From: an uncultured archaeon
Lineage (GTDB): Archaea; Asgardarchaeota; Hermodarchaeia; Hermodarchaeales; Hermodarchaeaceae
Direction: 5' to 3'
Length of the DNA stretch: 53,385 bases
Assembly: GCA_964347045.1 (NCBI GenBank)
Contig: CAYFXC010000008.1
Span: forward strand, 20,373-73,757
Numbering within the stretch: position 1 is the first letter of the stretch; every line of letters starts with the position of its first letter. The translations under genes were made by a program, and so were the position numbers. The notes beneath the pieces were generated by a model. It was not told where the DNA came from. It made no database searches and saw only the letters and a list, made by a program, of their open reading frames with translations. This document shows positions 45,452-53,385 of this stretch, in pieces.

Positions 45452-46261
45452 TTATGAAAGCAGAGTAGAATAAGGTAATGTTGGCTCGATGAAATTAAAT
45501 GTAACTTTAGGAAGTTCAACACGCAAAATCTGGGTTAGCCGACTCATCCCTGGAGTTTCGGTAGATGTTTGAGGAACTACAACCAATTTTATTTTCAATT
45601 GACTAGCTTGGGTTGCTAGTTCATGCGTAAGATGACCGGTAAGATAGGTATCATACCCTTGTTCCCATGCGAGATGCAACCACTCGGGGTTGATTCCTTT
45701 TCCACTAACAATAACAAGCCGCTCCACTTCATCATCAAGATTTCCCACATAATCAATCGATGGAACCTTCAAGCGCTTCGATACATATTGAATAAACATT
45801 TTCAAATTCGTTTCTTTTGGAACTTCGCACGCACGCCCGAGAGGATATATTCCACCCAGAAGAGGAACTTTGAACACATCATTAGTTTTGAATCCTAGCG
45901 TATGAGCTAAAACATCATTCATGCCTCCATCAACCATAGCCCAATTGTGGTGAGCGATATAGACAGTGAGGTTTCGCTTTAACAAATGTTGAAGAAGAAG
46001 CTGAGGTAAACCGATTAATCTGCGTGTAGATTGGGGAAACGGCGTGCGGTGGGCAATTAGAAGACCGGCTTTATGTTCGTTAGCTCTAACTATTACTGGA
46101 AGGGTAACATCCACACAAACATCTACCGCAGAAACGCGAACACGCTTTTGTTTCGATACATTACTTACTCCTAAAATCACGCCGTCAACATCATCGTGTG
46201 GCACATACATAGTGGGGGCCAGTTTCTGTAATCTAGAGATAATCTCCCATAGCGTTGTCAT
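45452..46261 (-). CDS. NIF3/DUF34-like protein with degenerate metal ligands
   Basis: LQKLAP...DVDG, CVDVT, YIAHHNW...GGMNDVLA and YLTG motifs; probable start ATG 46261. Confidence 0.82.
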   Translation of the reverse strand: MTTLWEIISRLQKLAPTMYVPHDDVDGVILGVSNVSKQKRVRVSAVDVCVDVTLPVIVRANEHKAGLLIAHRTPFPQSTRRLIGLPQLLLQHLLKRNLTVYIAHHNWAMVDGGMNDVLAHTLGFKTNDVFKVPLLGGIYPLGRACEVPKETNLKMFIQYVSKRLKVPSIDYVGNLDDEVERLVIVSGKGINPEWLHLAWEQGYDTYLTGHLTHELATQASQLKIKLVVVPQTSTETPGMSRLTQILRVELPKVTFNFIEPTLPYSTLLS

Positions 46262-46365
46262 AAAAACCAACCTACCAGTCGATTGTACCCAAAAGAGACT
46301 ATCTAGATTTTTAGTCTTTTGCGGGGTTTGCGATAGCATAATTTGAAAGGCTTTATAATTCATAT

Positions 46366-47790
46366 ATGCTAGGCAAGGCGAGGAGAAGCAGAAAAGTGTC
46401 CCAAGGAACTAGTCGAACGGAAATTAGCCGTGAAGAGGCTGCTGCAGAGGTGCTTTCGCTTTGGGACGAGCATTCTTTGTCACTTCGTACGTCCATGAGA
46501 CAGCTTGCAGATGATTGGCAAATTAAAGATTGGCGCATTCGGACGGCTATTCATAGTCTCGTGTTCGAAACTGTTCGACGATTAAATACAATAGATTTCA
46601 TTCTAAACCAAGTACTTGAAAAAAGCCAGATTTCTGACTTAGATTCTCTCACACGGAATACATTAAGAATTGCTACCTATCTGATCCATTATACGGACAC
46701 AGCCCCAGCCCTAGCAACCAATGAAGCCGTTTCAATTATTAAACAAAGGAAAACAAAACGACTTGCGGGTTTCGTTAATGCTGTTCTCCGAAAGGTTCAA
46801 CGGATTGACCTCAACGACTTCATTACCTCAATTCAAGAGTTAGGGCATCAAGAGCTAGAATTTTCTGTACCCCGATGGTTGTTCGACTACATCAATCACA
46901 TCCTAGAGCCTACTGAGGCACAAGCCTTTTTTTCCACGATTTTGCAAAATCCATCAGTCTATATTCGGATCAATACACTCAATCAACAGACCAGTAAGAC
47001 AATTAGCGAACTTGAACAAGCTCAGTTTCTTTGTACGCCTGTCCCAGAACTCCCAGAAGCATTTAGGCTACAACGGGGAAAGCGCCCGGTGACTCAAACC
47101 GATGCTTATGTGCAAAACACAATCTACCTCCAGAGTGTAGCCAGCGTCTTAGTTTCTCGAATACTAGACCCACAACCAAATGAGATTGTCATTGACCTAT
47201 GTGCCGCCCCAGGCAGTAAGACCTCACATCTTGCACAACTAATGGGAAATCAGGGCAATATTCTAGCGCTAGACAACATGCAGTCGCGTGTCCAAGAAAT
47301 GAACCGTAACTTACGTCGATTAGGTGTTCGCAACACCCATGTGATACTAGCAAACAGCTTCAAACTTCCCTTTCGAGAGCATTTTCAGGTTAATTTTGTA
47401 TTGGTTGATCCTCCTTGCAGTAATACTGGGGTAATCCAGACACGTCCTGAGGTAAAATGGAGCATGACTCCAGAAAAAATACGCCGCCTGAGTGTGGTTC
47501 AATCAAGCTTGTTACTGAAAGGGAGTAAGCTTGTTGCGCCAGGTGGATTTCTTGTTTATTCGACATGCTCGATTACATTAGATGAGAATGAACATTTGAT
47601 TCGTGATTTTCTTGACGCCAATCCAAATTTTAGACTAATTCCTGCACAGCCTATGCTTGGCTCGGCGGCTTTTGAAGGATTGGCGGATTGTCAACGATTA
47701 TTCCCCCATCGGAATGATACAGAAGGGTTTTTCATTGCTAAAATGCAACGAAAGCAGACTGCTAGTCGGGAGCAAGATTCTCGTTGTTAG
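46366..47790 (+). CDS. RsmB/Fmu (NusB + NOL1/NOP2) RNA m5C methyltransferase
   Basis: NusB-like GFVNAVLRK; DLCAAPGSKT, LVDPPCSNTG, YSTCS...ENE and GFFIA motifs. Confidence 0.93.
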   Translation: MLGKARRSRKVSQGTSRTEISREEAAAEVLSLWDEHSLSLRTSMRQLADDWQIKDWRIRTAIHSLVFETVRRLNTIDFILNQVLEKSQISDLDSLTRNTLRIATYLIHYTDTAPALATNEAVSIIKQRKTKRLAGFVNAVLRKVQRIDLNDFITSIQELGHQELEFSVPRWLFDYINHILEPTEAQAFFSTILQNPSVYIRINTLNQQTSKTISELEQAQFLCTPVPELPEAFRLQRGKRPVTQTDAYVQNTIYLQSVASVLVSRILDPQPNEIVIDLCAAPGSKTSHLAQLMGNQGNILALDNMQSRVQEMNRNLRRLGVRNTHVILANSFKLPFREHFQVNFVLVDPPCSNTGVIQTRPEVKWSMTPEKIRRLSVVQSSLLLKGSKLVAPGGFLVYSTCSITLDENEHLIRDFLDANPNFRLIPAQPMLGSAAFEGLADCQRLFPHRNDTEGFFIAKMQRKQTASREQDSRC

Positions 47791-49223
47791 ATGAAAATTG
47801 GCCACATTGACATATTCTTTGGTAAAGTTAATTGTCGGAAAGGTTTGTCTTTACTTGCCTCATTGATGAGGTGAGCAAGGGCAGCAGGAGACAGTAATTC
47901 GGATTTGGATTTCTTAATTGTTGATTTCTCCCGAATCGTGACCGGGAATTCATTAGCGTCTAATTCCTTATCACCAATTACGACGACAAACGGAACCCAT
48001 TGTTTACCCGCATTCCGAACCTTCCAACCCACCGTTTTTCCACGGTCATCGAGGACTGCTCGAACATTTTGGGCGCGGAGCAGGTCGACAATATTCCCTG
48101 CATGTTCTTTATGACGATCGGCAACAGGAAGAACCACAGCTTGTACAGGAGAGAGCCAAATCGGTAGCATGGGCAAACGTCCTTGTTTTTGCCGTTTTAC
48201 GGCGCTTTCAAGTAGCCCATAAACGAGGCGTTCAAGGCTGCCGATGCTAGTATGTACAATAATGCATCCAATGTCTTCCCCTGCCTCATTGACATAGGTG
48301 ATTCCATAACGCTCGGCATCACTAACATCAAGTTGAACCGTACTCAATTGCCCTGAACCTTCTGCAGCGTCTACAAATTGAAATTCGTTCTTCACATTCC
48401 AATAATGACTCATCTCTGGTAGTAATTCTACGAGAATAGGGCGTTTCAAATCTTTGGCAAGAGTGACTAGGAGATCTTTGGTCTGGTCAAAGTATTCTTC
48501 GACGATACGGAAGACAAGCAAGTATTCGATACCGAGACCTTTAATGAGGCGATCATAGTGTTTCGTGATCATGGCGAATTCTTGTTTACCTTGTTCGTAG
48601 TCTGCACAGAAGCAGTGAATATCTGGCATGGTAAAGGCTCGAAGTCGTCGGAGCCCTACGCATTCACCACGCTTCTCCAGCCGGAAGGATGGTGACAATT
48701 CAAAGATCCGAATAGGAAGTTGCCGCTGCGACATCTGCACGTTTTTCATAGTGGAGAATAGACCAAAGTCTCCAGCAAACCGAAGTAGCAGCTCTTTATC
48801 TTTGCTAAGTTTAATGCGATAGTCCTTTTCAAGGAATTTCTCAGCTTGCTCAGCGATGTCTTTCTGGCTGATCCGGTACATCAACGGAGTTTCAATTCGC
48901 ATAGCACCAATCATATTCACGGCGATTGTGTGAACGTAGTCTTCCAACAGCTCTTTCAAAAGAGATCCTTTGGGAAAGAACTTGAAATGTCCCACGTCAG
49001 AAGCAGGTTCATAATCGATAAGTTCCAGTTGACGCATGATACGGATATGCGGGGGCTCTCCCTTAGCAGCTCGGCCAAGTTCTTCTGTCTCAATGAAGGT
49101 GCGAAGTTCCCCTTTGATAGCTTCATAGCTATTTAAATCGTCTATGTCAAGAGACTTTTCAACACCTTTTGAGTCGATAATTAAATACTTAGCCAAGGCT
49201 AACGCCATCCTATACAATTTCAC
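47787..49223 (-). CDS. thrS: Threonyl-tRNA synthetase, archaeal type, lacking the N-terminal editing domain
   Basis: PPH...DYEPASDVGH, LRFAGDFG, SFRLEKRGECVGLRRLRAFTMPDIH, LSTVQLD, HTSIGSLER, LPIWLSP; only 478 aa. Confidence 0.93.
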   Translation of the reverse strand: MKLYRMALALAKYLIIDSKGVEKSLDIDDLNSYEAIKGELRTFIETEELGRAAKGEPPHIRIMRQLELIDYEPASDVGHFKFFPKGSLLKELLEDYVHTIAVNMIGAMRIETPLMYRISQKDIAEQAEKFLEKDYRIKLSKDKELLLRFAGDFGLFSTMKNVQMSQRQLPIRIFELSPSFRLEKRGECVGLRRLRAFTMPDIHCFCADYEQGKQEFAMITKHYDRLIKGLGIEYLLVFRIVEEYFDQTKDLLVTLAKDLKRPILVELLPEMSHYWNVKNEFQFVDAAEGSGQLSTVQLDVSDAERYGITYVNEAGEDIGCIIVHTSIGSLERLVYGLLESAVKRQKQGRLPMLPIWLSPVQAVVLPVADRHKEHAGNIVDLLRAQNVRAVLDDRGKTVGWKVRNAGKQWVPFVVVIGDKELDANEFPVTIREKSTIKKSKSELLSPAALAHLINEASKDKPFRQLTLPKNMSMWPIFI

Positions 49224-49275
49224 TTGTACTCGGGAAATCTCGTTTCAATAGGGATAAACATTTCTCTAGACAACT

Positions 49276-50484
49276 GTGAACTTAAAAGGTGAAACAAGCA
49301 TGACTTCAACACTGGTTCATGAAAAAAATCAACAAGCTAGTGATCTCCTCAAAGAATTGGATTTGGATGCCTGGATTATCTGGGTCAGAGAAACCAAGCA
49401 AATGGCTGACCCTGTTTTATCATTGATTTTAGGCAAGGATGTAGTCTGGCAATCTGCACTGATTTTTACCAAGAAAGGACAACGCGTGGCAATTGTGGGC
49501 AATCTTGACGTGGATGGTATCATACCGTTAGGTATCTTCGATGAAGTGATTCCCTATACACAAAGCATCCGTGATGTTCTTCGGAAAAAACTCGATTCAT
49601 TAAAACCAAAGAAAATCGGTTTGAATTTTAGTCGCGATGACGTGGCTGCTGATGGTCTTACCTTCGGAATGTATAATTTGTTAGCAGAATATTTGGAAGG
49701 AACCCCATATGCAAAGTGTTTCGTCAGTGCTGAATCATTGCTCATGAGGCTTCGGGGTCAAAAAACCCCAGAGGAGATTAAACGTATTAAGAGAGCCATT
49801 AACATAACTGAGCTCATTTTTGAAGAAGCACGCGAGTTTTTACAGGTTGGGCAATCAGAATTAGAAATTCAAAGATTCTTCCATCGGCGTATAATGGAAC
49901 ATGGTGTCACATTTGCGTGGGGAGCCGATCATAATCCTGCAGTCAATGCCGGACCTAATAAGCAGTTCGCCCACGCAGGACCCACAGAAAATAAAACAAA
50001 AAAGGGACACCTGCTGCATTTCGATTTTGGAGTACGAAGTCAAGGATATTGCTCTGACCTGCAACGCATGTTTTTCTTTGGTAATCCGAAAAATATTCCT
50101 GAGGAAGTTCTCACTGCATTTGAAACTGTTCGGGATGCAATTCAAGGGGCAGCCCAATTCATTAAGCCTGGAGTGAGAGGACATGAAGTTGATAGTCTTG
50201 CCCGAAGCTTCGTTCTTGAACGTGGTTATGACGAATATCAACATGCTTTAGGTCATCAATTGGGGCAAGAATCCCATGATGGTGGAACTCTTCTTGGACC
50301 GTTATGGGACAGATATGGTTCTAGCCCGAAGGGTCTCATTGAATCAGGCAATGTTTTCACCTTAGAACTGTATGTGACAACACAGAACTATGGACAAGTC
50401 AGTCTCGAAGAAAACATCTTGGTTACCAAAGAAGGTTGTCGATTTTTATCCACCCCGCAGACCGAACTCATCTGTCTTGGATAA
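49276..50484 (+). CDS. Xaa-Pro aminopeptidase (M24)
   Basis: DFG....YCSDLQR, HALGHQLG..SHD, FTLE and LEEN; metal ligands intact. Confidence 0.92.
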   Translation: MNLKGETSMTSTLVHEKNQQASDLLKELDLDAWIIWVRETKQMADPVLSLILGKDVVWQSALIFTKKGQRVAIVGNLDVDGIIPLGIFDEVIPYTQSIRDVLRKKLDSLKPKKIGLNFSRDDVAADGLTFGMYNLLAEYLEGTPYAKCFVSAESLLMRLRGQKTPEEIKRIKRAINITELIFEEAREFLQVGQSELEIQRFFHRRIMEHGVTFAWGADHNPAVNAGPNKQFAHAGPTENKTKKGHLLHFDFGVRSQGYCSDLQRMFFFGNPKNIPEEVLTAFETVRDAIQGAAQFIKPGVRGHEVDSLARSFVLERGYDEYQHALGHQLGQESHDGGTLLGPLWDRYGSSPKGLIESGNVFTLELYVTTQNYGQVSLEENILVTKEGCRFLSTPQTELICLG

Positions 50485-50495
50485 ACAAAGATCCA

Positions 50496-50572
50496 TGGCG
50501 GGCCCGCAGGGATTTGAACCCCGGATCTCTGGATCCGCAATCCAGCGCCATATCCTACTAGGCCACGGGCCC
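50496..50572 (-). tRNA. tRNA-Arg (anticodon GCG), CCA encoded
   Basis: Reverse complement GGGCCCGTGGCCTAGTAGGATATGGCG-CTGGA TTGCGGA TCCAG-AGATCCGGGGTTCAAATCCCTGCGGGCCCGCCA folds as a cloverleaf. Confidence 0.95.
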
Positions 50573-50659
50573 CTTTGTCATGTAACTCTTGTAGGGTAGA
50601 AGTGTGGCTTTTAAAGGCTTCTCCTAAAAAAAGATTATACTGTAAGAACCCACGTTAGG

Positions 50660-51172
50660 TTAGGTTCCAGCGAGGATTTTGCGCCATTCATCAATGTCGT
50701 GAAGTAGACTTTCACGATGTTTTGCACTGAGATCTTGATTTATTTTATATGTTTCAAGAGTTCGAATCCAACGTGCCCAAGGACCCATTAACCGAGGATC
50801 ATGGCCAACCAGCCGATGAGATAATTCGCGGCGTTTACGCAATGCTATTAGAATATCTACTGCGCGAGTCAAGTTTTCAATCTCACGTTTCATTGCATCT
50901 ACCTCGTCTAATGCGGGGTTTGTGCCATATTGTTCGGAGTTTTCTGATAGGCGATCTAGAATAGATTCAACTTCACTGGGTTGAAGCATTGCTGCTCGAA
51001 GAGCTTCATCAGCAATCATAAGTGCCTTTTCAAGAATTGATGTGAGAACTATCAAGTTGTTTTGAGCAATTACATTTGGTGGGTGTTCTAGGGTTTTATT
51101 GCAATCTTGAAGAAGCTTATCGATGGCTTTCCGATGAACACGGATTTCTTTTTCATACGACATGAACTTCAA
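50660..51172 (-). CDS. Hypothetical helical protein
   Basis: 170 aa ORF with no recognisable motif. Confidence 0.6.
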   Translation of the reverse strand: MKFMSYEKEIRVHRKAIDKLLQDCNKTLEHPPNVIAQNNLIVLTSILEKALMIADEALRAAMLQPSEVESILDRLSENSEQYGTNPALDEVDAMKREIENLTRAVDILIALRKRRELSHRLVGHDPRLMGPWARWIRTLETYKINQDLSAKHRESLLHDIDEWRKILAGT

Positions 51173-51295
51173 CCATTTAGGAGGGAAATCGTAGATTCCT
51201 TGGCGTCTAAGAGGAATAATGAGAGAAGTCGTTATAACATTTTCTCGTGGTAATCGCTGTTTATTAGGGGATTAAGTGAAATTAAGATTGAAAAA

Positions 51296-52411
51296 TTAAA
51301 TCGTTTCAAGAGGAACCTGATTTAATATTTCAAATTCTCCCACTTTTTGATAAACGATTGTATCACTAAGGCGAACACTTCCAACGGCGGGTACATTGAG
51401 ACCAGTTTCGATTGTAAAAATCATACCTGGAAGAATCGGAGTTTCTTGTGTTGGTGAGATGTAAGGTGGTTCTATGGGTTGCAATCCGATTCCGCTTCCC
51501 AATTGAGATTCTAGATGTGGAAGATAGCCCCGATCATCAGCAATATGACGGATGCATAATGCAATATCACGGACAAGTGTGTCAGGATTAAGTATATCTT
51601 GAGCGGTTTTTACAGCATCCCGAGCACATTCAAAAACTGCTTGTTGTTTCTTCTTGGGTTTTCCTGTTAACACGGAGCGAGTAATATTTGAACAGTAATC
51701 ATCACTTACTGCAGAAATGGAAATCACTACAAACTCATCGGACCCAATCTCTCGACGGCTTGCAGGAACATAAGAACAGCTGGCGCGGGGTCCTGATGCT
51801 ATTACGGTGGGATATCCCGTGTGTGTGGCTCCTGCTTTGCGAAGAGTCTTTTCCACTTCGGCGGCCACTTCGATTTCGGAAATACCCGGACGAATAAACT
51901 CAATGGCAGCACGTAATCCGTGTTCAGCAATTTGAAAAGCAGTTTTAGTTTTTTCTATTTCAGCTTCATCCTTAATCATTCGTAATTCAGCCATTGCAGT
52001 GGAAATATTACGGAATCCAGCATCCGGCAAAATACGTTTAATTTCTTCAAATCGCCGGGCTGAGACAAAGTTTAATTCGACTCCAATATCAACGGAACGC
52101 AGATTATTTTGTTCAATGACTGTTTGAATTGATTCTAAAAGAGTTGACTGGACATCATTAGCCGCTTCAGGTTGATAAGGTTGGACATTGCGAAGCCAAG
52201 ATTCCGCTTTCGCAAATTCACATTCTCCCTGAGGTACAATAAGAATTGGATCCGCATCTCGAATCAGAACCGCTACTGAACTCCCAAGTATTTCCGCGGG
52301 CTTGTATCCCGTGAGATACCGAATATTGAAAGGGTCAAAAAGGATAATACCATTGATTTCTTCACGGGTCATAATCCGCAGAGCCCGATCCAAACGCATA
52401 CAAGAAAACAC
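51296..52411 (-). CDS. M24 peptidase-fold protein with degenerate active site
   Basis: Creatinase-N (NIRYLTGY), LRMIKDEAEI and PGISEIEVAA present; most metal ligands replaced. Confidence 0.85.
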   Translation of the reverse strand: MFSCMRLDRALRIMTREEINGIILFDPFNIRYLTGYKPAEILGSSVAVLIRDADPILIVPQGECEFAKAESWLRNVQPYQPEAANDVQSTLLESIQTVIEQNNLRSVDIGVELNFVSARRFEEIKRILPDAGFRNISTAMAELRMIKDEAEIEKTKTAFQIAEHGLRAAIEFIRPGISEIEVAAEVEKTLRKAGATHTGYPTVIASGPRASCSYVPASRREIGSDEFVVISISAVSDDYCSNITRSVLTGKPKKKQQAVFECARDAVKTAQDILNPDTLVRDIALCIRHIADDRGYLPHLESQLGSGIGLQPIEPPYISPTQETPILPGMIFTIETGLNVPAVGSVRLSDTIVYQKVGEFEILNQVPLETI

Positions 52412-52485
52412 CGCAGTACAATCCTGTAGAGTAGGATTAAATTTCTATCCCTTTGTTCCCATTTTGGTCTAACCCACCCCATTCG

Positions 52486-52497
52486 TTTATATATAAG
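52486..52497 (+). promoter_or_regulatory. Candidate TATA box of the tRNA-Arg(CCG) gene
   Basis: TTTATATATAAG ~30-40 nt upstream of the mature tRNA 5' end. Confidence 0.5.
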
Positions 52498-52525
52498 TCA
52501 AAGAACTCATCGAAAGATAGTTTCA

Positions 52526-52600
52526 GGGCCCTTGGCCTAGTATGGATAGGGCGACAGGTTCCGGACCTGTAGATCCCGCGTTCAAATCGCGGAGGGCCCG
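52526..52600 (+). tRNA. tRNA-Arg (anticodon CCG)
   Basis: GGGCCCT...ACAGG TTCCGGA CCTGT...CCGCGTTCAAATCGCGG AGGGCCC G cloverleaf; CCA not encoded. Confidence 0.95.
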
Positions 52601-52698
52601 CCCCTTTGATTTCTGAGTGTTTGATTGACTATAGCGTAACTAAAATGCATAAAAGGGCGCTCCAGCTAGACTCGCGTAATATAAGGGGGTAAGAATAC

Positions 52699-53385
52699 GT
52701 GCAAATGGAATCCCAGTGTATCAGTTGCTTAATTTCACGAGCGTACCAAGAAGTCCAATTGGCATCCACAGATTTGAAAGTCCAATTCGAGGCAATGACA
52801 GAGGTTGTTGAAATTCTGAACTCGGTGCTTATCAAAGGTGGTCGATTAGAAAGAATTCCAGCACATGTGGGAACACGTCGTGACCACGCTATCCAACGTA
52901 TTACTGGTTGTCCAGACCCTTATAATCAGTTGAAACAAAGATCAAACGAAGCCGCTTTGGATTTAATCCAGCCATTGGAAGATTTTGTGAAAAAGTCGAC
53001 TGACCCACAACAGTGTTTTCGCCGAGGGTGTATTGTGGCGTCTCTTGGAAATGTCATTGAGTATGGGGTTGCGGGTCATGAAATCCCGTGGGACAACTTA
53101 CCATTACTAGTCTCCCAAGCTGAAAGTGAGCTAGCCATTGACCAAATATCAAACCTGTATAAATTGGCTCGAAAAGCAAAACGCACGCTATATTTAACAG
53201 ATAACGCAGGAGAAGTGGTATTTGATCGGTTGTTAATTGAGGCTCTACATAATTTAGGATCGCATGTAATTGTGGCGGTGAAAGGAGACCCTATTTTGAA
53301 TGATGCGATGCTTGAAGATGCAAAAGTAGCAGGTTTATCAGAAAGCGCAGAGATAATTACAACCGGTGGGGGCGCGGTGGGAGTA
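52699..53385 (+). CDS. ARMT1/DUF89 damage-control phosphatase (3' truncated by window)
   Basis: Not in the ORF track. From GTG 52699 it reads MQMESQCISC...DPY...GNVIEYG...YLTDNAGEVVFD...VKGDPILNDA. Confidence 0.9.
   Translation, partial: MQMESQCISCLISRAYQEVQLASTDLKVQFEAMTEVVEILNSVLIKGGRLERIPAHVGTRRDHAIQRITGCPDPYNQLKQRSNEAALDLIQPLEDFVKKSTDPQQCFRRGCIVASLGNVIEYGVAGHEIPWDNLPLLVSQAESELAIDQISNLYKLARKAKRTLYLTDNAGEVVFDRLLIEALHNLGSHVIVAVKGDPILNDAMLEDAKVAGLSESAEIITTGGGAVGV

Noticed and set aside
1-49223. Four aaRS genes (serS, aspS, leuS, thrS) as a functional cluster
   Set aside because: They are dispersed over ~49 kb in separate transcription units, consistent with ordinary core chromosome.
100-51897. 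Numerous short ORFs overlapping or antisense to the called genes
   Set aside because: They lie within well-supported genes and show no motifs, so I treated them as shadow ORFs.
50496-52600. Two tRNA-Arg genes as att sites of an integrated element
   Set aside because: Both are complete tRNAs with different anticodons in opposite orientation, with no integrase and no partial tRNA duplication.
52629-52835. Minus-strand 68-aa ORF
   Set aside because: It is the antisense shadow of the plus-strand DUF89 gene.

Overview
This window looks like Asgard archaeal chromosome. It has archaeal-type aaRS genes, DGGGP synthase, PolB1 and two tRNA-Arg genes, plus many eukaryotic-signature genes. The main feature is a ~18 kb ESCRT/ubiquitin superlocus (8.0-26.4 kb): two ESCRT-III genes, Vps4, Vps25, Vps22/36, Vps28, UEV-Vps23, RING E3, ubiquitin, E2, E1 and Yip1. 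Less familiar members are a Zn-finger/PH-like/steadiness-box protein, an apparent stand-alone Vps28 C-terminal domain, and a RING whose N-terminus matches the Rbx1/Apc11 cullin-binding strand in register. A ~7 kb accessory island splits the locus between ESCRT-III and vps4. It carries four direct copies of a conserved intergenic site (core AAGAAGGCGTTT) separating unrelated cargo genes, and one gene has integron attC-like borders. Elsewhere are a gelsolin-domain/roadblock pair, a mu-homology-like beta protein, two tandem shortened actin-related proteins beside three coiled-coil genes, a Zn/Mn ABC transporter with a NikR-like regulator, and several apparent pseudoenzymes. All family calls come from recognising motifs by eye; no database searches were run.
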